Below are positions 57,685 to 64,000 of a stretch of 64,000 nucleotides of DNA, piece after piece. Within the stretch, counting starts at the first letter, position 1. Each line of letters starts with the position of its first letter. Made by a program: the position numbers and the translations under genes. The notes beneath the pieces were generated by a model that saw only the letters and a list, made by a program, of their open reading frames with translations, ran no database searches and had not been told where the DNA came from. The DNA comes from Nitrososphaeria archaeon (GTDB lineage: Archaea; Thermoproteota; Nitrososphaeria; Geothermarchaeales; JDFR-13): contig JALWXN010000004.1 of NCBI GenBank assembly GCA_027078545.1, forward strand, positions 704,001-768,000, given 5' to 3'.

Positions 57685-58680
57685 CTACCTAAGGACCCTC
57701 CTGAACACCCTTTCAGCATTCCTATATGCCAGCCTCTCCAGCCGCTCACGTGTCCATCCAAGCCCCTCCAACGCCCTGTAGAGGTTGGTGATCATCTCGA
57801 TCCTCTTGAGATCGTCCGGGGGATTACATCCGAATAGGTCCGTCCCAACAGCGACGACCTCGTCTCCGAAACGCTCCGCAACTGTGTCTATATGCCTAGC
57901 CAGGCTCTCGGCACTAGGCTTCTCCCCAATTGTCTGCCGGATATATGTGAAGCCTATCACCCCGCCGTTGCTAGCCAGTCTATCCAGGACCTCGTCATCA
58001 ACATTCCTCTGATGCTTAACAAGGCCTGCATAGTTGCTATGGCTTATCAACACCGGGTCGGAATGTGTCTCCAAGACCTCCAACATCGTATTCCTACTGC
58101 TATGGGCGAGGTCGATGACTATTCCCTCCGCCTCCGCCAGGCTGAGGAGTGCCTCCCCACTGCCAGTCAAGCCATAATCCCTCCTAGACATACAAGATGC
58201 AGCATACCTGGTATCGTAGTTCCACGTCAGCCCTATCAGCCTGACACCTAGATCCTTGTAGAGATAGATGTCCCCCGGGTCGTCTAGGTACTCCGTACCC
58301 TCAAGGCCTAGGATGATCCCGATACCCTCGCCGTCAAGGTCTGAGCGGTTCGTTACGAGGCGGAACTCCCCATACCTCCTAACGAGCCATTTATAGATCG
58401 TGATCACGTCGAGGGCCGCGGCCTTGGGGGAGGATGGTCTTATATAGATGTCGCCAGCCCCCTCCCCATAGCCCTTCATAACCTCGCCACCCATCGAGGC
58501 ATATCCCCTCTGGAGGGCGAATACGGCGCCTACCAAGAGCTTCACATTGGCCTCTAGGTAGCCAGGGATGTCTCCATGCCGATCCTTCCTCTTAACCTCC
58601 ATGTCGTGCTTACCGCCTAGGTAGATGTAGTAGCCGATATCCTCGTGGAGATCTATGAGTGGCGGGTTTAGACCTTCCAT
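57685..58680 (-). CDS. Membrane dipeptidase (M19)
   Basis: DLHED, LEG, LTWN, DLAH, SHSN..RN.DD, GTD. Confidence 0.9.
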   Translation of the reverse strand: MEGLNPPLIDLHEDIGYYIYLGGKHDMEVKRKDRHGDIPGYLEANVKLLVGAVFALQRGYASMGGEVMKGYGEGAGDIYIRPSSPKAAALDVITIYKWLVRRYGEFRLVTNRSDLDGEGIGIILGLEGTEYLDDPGDIYLYKDLGVRLIGLTWNYDTRYAASCMSRRDYGLTGSGEALLSLAEAEGIVIDLAHSSRNTMLEVLETHSDPVLISHSNYAGLVKHQRNVDDEVLDRLASNGGVIGFTYIRQTIGEKPSAESLARHIDTVAERFGDEVVAVGTDLFGCNPPDDLKRIEMITNLYRALEGLGWTRERLERLAYRNAERVFRRVLR

Positions 58681-58744
58681 GGTTAATAGGTATTATGGCA
58701 AGGGGCATCGATATAAGTAGTATGTTTGGAACTATTACTATGTT

Positions 58745-59014
58745 GTGCGTACCGCGACACTACTAATCCTACTTCTCCTCCTCGGTATGGTCACAATTGA
58801 TGCATTAGCCACGCCTCTACACCCCGACATCGACGACTCCACTAGACAGGCGCTGGATCTCTACGAGGATGACGATGAGGAGGATGATGATGAGGGCGGT
58901 GTCCTCGGCGGCTCCCTAGATATGATCACCCTAGCCCTATATGCAGCACTCGTGGTGGCAATCGTAGCATCGATAGCCCCATATGTGGTGAAGAGGCTCA
59001 GGGCTAGGAGGTAG
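58745..59014 (+). CDS. Small exported acidic peptide with C-terminal TM anchor
   Basis: Signal peptide, EDDDEEDDDE, TM then KRLRARR. Confidence 0.55.
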   Translation: MRTATLLILLLLLGMVTIDALATPLHPDIDDSTRQALDLYEDDDEEDDDEGGVLGGSLDMITLALYAALVVAIVASIAPYVVKRLRARR

Positions 59015-59062
59015 GATCCATAGACTGTGAGATATTAACGCCCCGCCACACTAACTATTTAT

Positions 59063-60304
59063 ATGACTAGCCTCGAGACACTCCTGGAGAAGGCCAGGCA
59101 GTATGAGGAGGACCTGATCAACTTCCTAAGCGGCTTCGTACAGATCCCCTCCGTCAACCCCCCGGGCGACATGTCAGAGGCAGCTGGATATGTGGAGGAG
59201 TTCCTGGAGAAGTGGGGCCTACCAACCCGTAGGATAGAGCCGGAGAAGGGGGTTATAACGGTCTACAGCAGCGTGGGAGATGGTGATGACTATCTCATGC
59301 TCAACGGACATATGGACGTGGTTCCCGAGGGCGACCATGACAAGTGGAGTATCCCCCCATTCTCGGGAAGGGTGGTGGATGGCTACCTATATGGAAGGGG
59401 GGCGAGCGATATGAAGGGCGGCCTCTCAGCACTCATCTATGCCTACGCAGTCTTCACCCAGTACGTCGATAGCCTAGACAAGAAGCTATCACTAGCCGCC
59501 GTCGGTGATGAGGAGGTTGGGGGGAGGCTCGGTAGCCTATACATGGCGAGGGAGCTAGGTATAAGGCCTCGATACGTACTCCTGGGGGAGCCGTCAACCC
59601 TAGGCTACTACAACATTGGTGAGAAGGGGATCGTATGGTATAGGGTTCACATCAGTGGCGAGCCCGCCCATGCCAGCGTCTCACCCTATGTGGGTAGGAA
59701 CGCGATAAAGGTGGCTACAGAGGTGATCAACAGGATCTATGGCCTGGCAGAGCTAGACTTCGACGTCCCAGAGGAGTTGGTGGAGGTGGCTAGGAAGAGT
59801 GGGGAGAAGGCCAGGAGGATGGTCGGTGCTGAGGGGCTCGAGAAGATATTCTTCCGCCTCTCATGCAACGCCGGCATGATTAATGGTGGGGTAAAGACCA
59901 ACGTGGTGGCTCCGAACTGTACGGTCGAGTTCGATATGAGGATTCCGCATGGATTGACCGTTGATAGGGTCATCGAGATGGTTAGGGAGAGGCTCTCAGA
60001 CATCGATGGCGTCGAGATAGAGAAGGTGGCTGGTGAGGATCCCAACTACACCAGGCCGGACACCTATCTAGGGAAGGTTGTGGAGGAGTCCGCCGTCGCC
60101 GAGGCTGGTATCAGGCCGGAGCCCTCACTAGTCATGGGCGCTACAGATGGTAGGCACTTCAGGGCCTATGGATCGGAGGCCGTCGTCTATGGCCCTGGGG
60201 AGTGGGAGAGGATACATGGATACGACGAGAGGATAAAGGTGGATGACGTTAAGCTGGCATATAGGGTTTATCTCAGGACGCTCTACAAGATGTTTATCGG
60301 CTAG
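59063..60304 (+). CDS. M20 ArgE/DapE family deacylase
   Basis: NGHMDVVP, GRGASDMKGG, DEE, GEP, HAS, IHGYDE. Confidence 0.92.
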   Translation: MTSLETLLEKARQYEEDLINFLSGFVQIPSVNPPGDMSEAAGYVEEFLEKWGLPTRRIEPEKGVITVYSSVGDGDDYLMLNGHMDVVPEGDHDKWSIPPFSGRVVDGYLYGRGASDMKGGLSALIYAYAVFTQYVDSLDKKLSLAAVGDEEVGGRLGSLYMARELGIRPRYVLLGEPSTLGYYNIGEKGIVWYRVHISGEPAHASVSPYVGRNAIKVATEVINRIYGLAELDFDVPEELVEVARKSGEKARRMVGAEGLEKIFFRLSCNAGMINGGVKTNVVAPNCTVEFDMRIPHGLTVDRVIEMVRERLSDIDGVEIEKVAGEDPNYTRPDTYLGKVVEESAVAEAGIRPEPSLVMGATDGRHFRAYGSEAVVYGPGEWERIHGYDERIKVDDVKLAYRVYLRTLYKMFIG

Positions 60305-60704
60305 CCCATATCCCCCTCCACACTTTATATAATGGGCCGAGTAGGACTAGGGAGAGGAACACCCCCAGTAGTTTGAGCGGTATCCTCCCACGCCCAAGGT
60401 AGGGTACTGGATGGAGTCCCCGGCTCCTCAGAGCCATGTATATCCGTGATATCCTATACCCCGCTATCAGGGAGGATAGGAGTATCCTCCTAGGACCCAC
60501 CGCCATCACCAGCGGCGGAACCCATCGATAACCCCTTATGTAGCCGATGCCCGGGACGTAGAGGTAGACGTCGTGGACCAGCCCCTGGCTAGAGGAGTAT
60601 CTCTCTACCGCCTCGGATCTGAGGTCTAGGGTGGCCTCCAAGGTCCTGGCGAACCCCCTACATACGAAGCAGCCCCCGTCGTACAGCAGCTTCTCCCCAG
60701 TCAT
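60294..60704 (-). CDS. DCC1-like (DUF393) thiol-disulfide protein
   Basis: LLYDGGCFVC (DxxCxxC). Confidence 0.6.
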   Translation of the reverse strand: MTGEKLLYDGGCFVCRGFARTLEATLDLRSEAVERYSSSQGLVHDVYLYVPGIGYIRGYRWVPPLVMAVGPRRILLSSLIAGYRISRIYMALRSRGLHPVPYLGRGRIPLKLLGVFLSLVLLGPLYKVWRGIWASR

Positions 60705-60745
60705 CCCTAGTAAGCTATTATGCCTATCCAGGCTTAACAGATGGG

Positions 60746-61888
60746 CTATATCTTGGAGAGCGCCCTATCAAGCTCGGCTATAAGGTCATCCACATCCTCT
60801 ATACCCACTGAGAACCTTATGAGGCCCCGTGTAATCCCGATCCTCCTCTTCTCCTCATCCGACAGCGCCGCATGGGTCATGGTGTAGGGCTGCTGTATCA
60901 ATGACTCAACCCCGCCAAGGCTCACCGCCTTAGTGATTATCTCGAAGCTGTCTAGGAACCTGTCGATCCTATCCTGGTCCTCCGTGGCTAGGCGGAAGCT
61001 TATCATCCCACCACCCATACTCATCTGCCTCTTAGCCAGGCTGTGCTGTGGGAAGCTCTCGAGGAATGGGTATAGTACCTCCTCCACCTTTGGGTGCTGC
61101 TCGAGCCACCTCGCTATCTCATAGGCATTCCTCGAGTGCCTCTCAACCCTTAGGCCCAGGGTCTTGATGCTCCTTATGAGTAGGTAGGAGTCGAAGGGGT
61201 CTAGTGAGCCTCCAAGCCTACTCCTAACCATCTTGGCCTCCCTGTAGTGCTCCTCCTCCCTGAAAACCGCTACGCCCGCTATGATGTCGCTGTGGCCTGA
61301 GAGGTATTTAGTCGCGCTGTGGATACTTATGTCTGCACCCAGCTCCAGAGGCCTCTGTAGATATGGGGAGGCGAAGGTGTTGTCAACCACTAGGATAGCC
61401 CCGTTCTCATGGGCTATACGCCCCATCTCCCTGATATCCGTTATCCACATCAGGGGATTGGTGGGTGTCTCGATATATAGGAGCCTAGCCCCATCCATCG
61501 CCTCCTCCACTTTGGAGGGGTCACGGGTATCCACATATACAGCCTCTATACCGAGGCGGGGCAGTATGTTGTTGAGGAGCTGCTTAGTCCCACCGTATAG
61601 ATCCTCCGTGAAGACTGCCTTGTCACCCTTGGATAGGAATGTTAGGAGCACAGTCGATATCGCTGCCATACCACTGGAGAAGGCTAGTCCATACCTCCCA
61701 CCTTCGAGCTCGGCAACCTTATATTCAAGTATCCTCCTCGTAGGGTTGTCCGTCCTTGTGTAGATATACTCCTGGTCCTCCGACTCTATCCTGAATGTGC
61801 TTGACAGGTGTATAGGCGGGACGACGTCGATACCTATGTCCTCCTCACCAGCATGTATAGCACGTGTGTTGAAGCCCTTAGTAGCCAT
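60746..61888 (-). CDS. Cystathionine gamma-synthase/gamma-lyase family PLP enzyme
   Basis: YTR..NPT, FSSGMAAI, ETPTNP, VDNTF, HSATKYLSGH, SLGGVESL. Confidence 0.93.
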   Translation of the reverse strand: MATKGFNTRAIHAGEEDIGIDVVPPIHLSSTFRIESEDQEYIYTRTDNPTRRILEYKVAELEGGRYGLAFSSGMAAISTVLLTFLSKGDKAVFTEDLYGGTKQLLNNILPRLGIEAVYVDTRDPSKVEEAMDGARLLYIETPTNPLMWITDIREMGRIAHENGAILVVDNTFASPYLQRPLELGADISIHSATKYLSGHSDIIAGVAVFREEEHYREAKMVRSRLGGSLDPFDSYLLIRSIKTLGLRVERHSRNAYEIARWLEQHPKVEEVLYPFLESFPQHSLAKRQMSMGGGMISFRLATEDQDRIDRFLDSFEIITKAVSLGGVESLIQQPYTMTHAALSDEEKRRIGITRGLIRFSVGIEDVDDLIAELDRALSKI

Positions 61889-61956
61889 ACATCAGTATTA
61901 ACCCATCTATCCATGATAAACCCGTTTTAATTCACTCTACATGGCAAGATAGTTGT

Positions 61957-63078
61957 ATGAGGGTCGACGTAGCAATACTGGGTGCCGGTAGGGTTGGACA
62001 GGCAGCTGCCTACGACTTTCTAAGGATGGGCTACCGAGTAGCACTCCTAGACATCTCCAAGGAGAGCCTGGATAAGGCGTCGGAACGGCTTGGAGATGTA
62101 TATACCTATATGATACCCCCAGACACTGGCTGGATATCCAGCCCACCTATCGAGGCCGGGCTCTACGCCATGGCCCTACCCCTGAAATACACCCTAAGAT
62201 ACATGGAGCCACTACTGAAGAATGGATATAGCGTGGTCGACGCCACATCAGTCCCGTCTGAGGAGCTTGGCAGGGTAGAGGGATGGGCAAAAGAAGGGGG
62301 TGGGAAGGCATTCCTATACGCTGGGCTAGCCCCCGGCATGGCCCAGACACTCGCCGGTGCGTTAGAGAGGGAGCTGGGCGGGGCTGAGAAGATAGATATC
62401 TATGTAGGCGGTGTCCCGGAGAAGCCGGAGGGCCTCCCACTACTAAGCGGGATAACCTTTGAGGCTACCGCATTCCTTAGACAGTATAATAGGCCGACAC
62501 GTAAAAGAGTGGGTGGAGAGGTCGTCACTACCGACCCCTTCGACGATATCGGGAGGATAACCCTACCCAATGGGGAGGAGTATGAATACTTCCTAACCGA
62601 CGGACTCAAGAGCCTCCTACATACCCTTGAGACACCAAACCTGGCCGAATACACCCTGAGGATACCTGGGCATATAGAGAAGATGAGGCTGCTTAGGAGC
62701 ATAGGCCTCCTAGACTGGGAGCCGATAGAGGTGGAGGGGTGCAGCATAGTCCCGATAGAATTTACCGCCAAGATCCTGGAGAGGAGTGTCGGCCAGGGAG
62801 GTAGGGATAGGGTGGTACTGGCTGTCTATGGATATAGGGGGGATCGTGTAACCATCCTGTACAGCATAATTGAGTACTCGGAGGAGGGATTCACCGCTAT
62901 GCAGAGGGCCACCGGCTATAACCTTGCTAGATACGCCTCCATGGTGCTTGACGGCCTCGTTGAGTGGAGGGTAGGGCTCCCAGAATACGTTGGGCTAGAT
63001 GGAGATCTATTCAACAAGTATTTGAAGAGAATTGGGGAGGCGGGTATAGAGGTTAGGAGGGTTGTCACTACTCCCTAG
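61957..63078 (+). CDS. Saccharopine dehydrogenase/lysine 6-dehydrogenase family
   Basis: GAGRVG, AGLAPG, VGGVP, TDGL, TLRIPGH, TAMQRATG. Confidence 0.88.
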   Translation: MRVDVAILGAGRVGQAAAYDFLRMGYRVALLDISKESLDKASERLGDVYTYMIPPDTGWISSPPIEAGLYAMALPLKYTLRYMEPLLKNGYSVVDATSVPSEELGRVEGWAKEGGGKAFLYAGLAPGMAQTLAGALERELGGAEKIDIYVGGVPEKPEGLPLLSGITFEATAFLRQYNRPTRKRVGGEVVTTDPFDDIGRITLPNGEEYEYFLTDGLKSLLHTLETPNLAEYTLRIPGHIEKMRLLRSIGLLDWEPIEVEGCSIVPIEFTAKILERSVGQGGRDRVVLAVYGYRGDRVTILYSIIEYSEEGFTAMQRATGYNLARYASMVLDGLVEWRVGLPEYVGLDGDLFNKYLKRIGEAGIEVRRVVTTP

Positions 63079-64000
63079 GCAGCTCATGCACCCCCTTCAG
63101 TCTAAATGGCTTCTCCGGGAATAGGCCGTACGGCTTGAAGATCATGATCACCAGGAATGCCACACCCAACGCTATCCTCTCCAGCCATATAACATCGAAG
63201 GGCAGTAGGCCGGAGAATGAGTGTTTATACACCGATATGACCCTCCTGAGACTCATTATCCCGGCAGCCCCGACCACAGCACCTATCTCGCTACCCCTAC
63301 CGCCGAGGAGTAGCATGAGCCATGGCCAGAAGGTCCAGTCATACCTCGTGTAGCTAGTCGGTACGACGTTGCCGAGATAGAAGCTGTATATCGCCCCAGC
63401 CAGAGCCGCTACAGCCGTACCTATAATCATCGCCTCGATCTTGATCCTATTCACGTCTATACCCACTGCCAGTGCGGCGTCCTCACTCTCCCTCACAGCC
63501 TTCAACAGCCTTCCATAGGGGCTCCTAAGCATGAGGTATATCAGAGCCATAGTCACCACTGTTGCAGACATCACTAGGATAAAGCTCTGGACAGTCCTGG
63601 GGAGACCTAGCATAGGCTCCATCCAACCTAGCAGCGCAGGGACGGTGACGCCAAGCGTCCCACCGGCTAGTGGCTCATAGTTCTCACCAACTATCCTGAC
63701 GCCCTCAGCAATGGCTATCAGGCTCATCATTAGGAAGTCTACCCTAAGCCTGATGGCTGGGACAGATGCTAGGAGGCCCATGAGGGCTCCTGCACCGATA
63801 GCTATTACGAGGGTGAGTAGTAGGAGGGCAGTGCTTAGACCTGGCTCGGCCTTGATTATCTCGTTGAGGGCGTTCCTCACGAATATGTTACACCTTATGT
63901 AGGCCTGGTCAGGATTCTCGAGGATCGCTGGGCACATCGTCTGTATCTTAGCCTTCACCTCCTCGAAGTACATGGAGTATAGTAGCCTCCCCGGTACATA
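63068..64000 (-). CDS. livM: Branched-chain amino acid ABC permease (5' end outside the window)
   Basis: PAIRLRVDFL, SPYGRLLKAVRESE.AA..VG, GGRGS..GA, KPYGLFPE. Confidence 0.9.
   Translation of the reverse strand, partial: YVPGRLLYSMYFEEVKAKIQTMCPAILENPDQAYIRCNIFVRNALNEIIKAEPGLSTALLLLTLVIAIGAGALMGLLASVPAIRLRVDFLMMSLIAIAEGVRIVGENYEPLAGGTLGVTVPALLGWMEPMLGLPRTVQSFILVMSATVVTMALIYLMLRSPYGRLLKAVRESEDAALAVGIDVNRIKIEAMIIGTAVAALAGAIYSFYLGNVVPTSYTRYDWTFWPWLMLLLGGRGSEIGAVVGAAGIMSLRRVISVYKHSFSGLLPFDVIWLERIALGVAFLVIMIFKPYGLFPEKPFRLKGVHELPRE

Noticed and set aside
1-64000. CRISPR array, prophage or IS element
   Set aside because: No regularly spaced repeats, integrase, transposase, terminal inverted repeats or virion genes seen; vapBC alone is insufficient

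Overview
Gene-dense archaeal chromosome segment. AGG/ATA-rich codons, GGAGG/GAGGTG ribosome-binding sites, TATA-like promoters, a PEFG-CTERM protein and C/D-box guides matching archaeal 16S motifs point to a probably thermophilic TACK-type heterotroph; the taxon cannot be fixed from this window. Most genes serve peptide and amino-acid catabolism (S1, M1, S12, M19 and M20 peptidases, two GGTs, PLP enzymes) and redox metabolism (fixCXAB, a GlcD-like dehydrogenase, a heme-copper oxidase). No rRNA, tRNA, CRISPR array, integrase or transposase was recognised. Highlights: (1) two secreted proteins with a shared mature N-terminal strand next to a dedicated SipW-type signal peptidase (6310-8487), a candidate donor-strand fibre or bundling-pilus system; (2) a heme-copper oxidase with Asp replacing both the helix-VI His and Tyr and a subunit II whose CuA cysteines are Ser (gNOR-like), plus a separate intact membrane-anchored CuA protein and a PCuAC chaperone; (3) two divergent C/D-box sRNAs at 3486-3683 with guides complementary to conserved 16S rRNA motifs; (4) a Cys-less thiolase pair with two DUF35 proteins; (5) an orphan degenerate Csx1-like CARF protein; (6) an AT-rich patch whose borders lie inside a glycosyltransferase gene and a beta-helix surface-protein gene. 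All family calls come from motif recognition by eye, not from searches.
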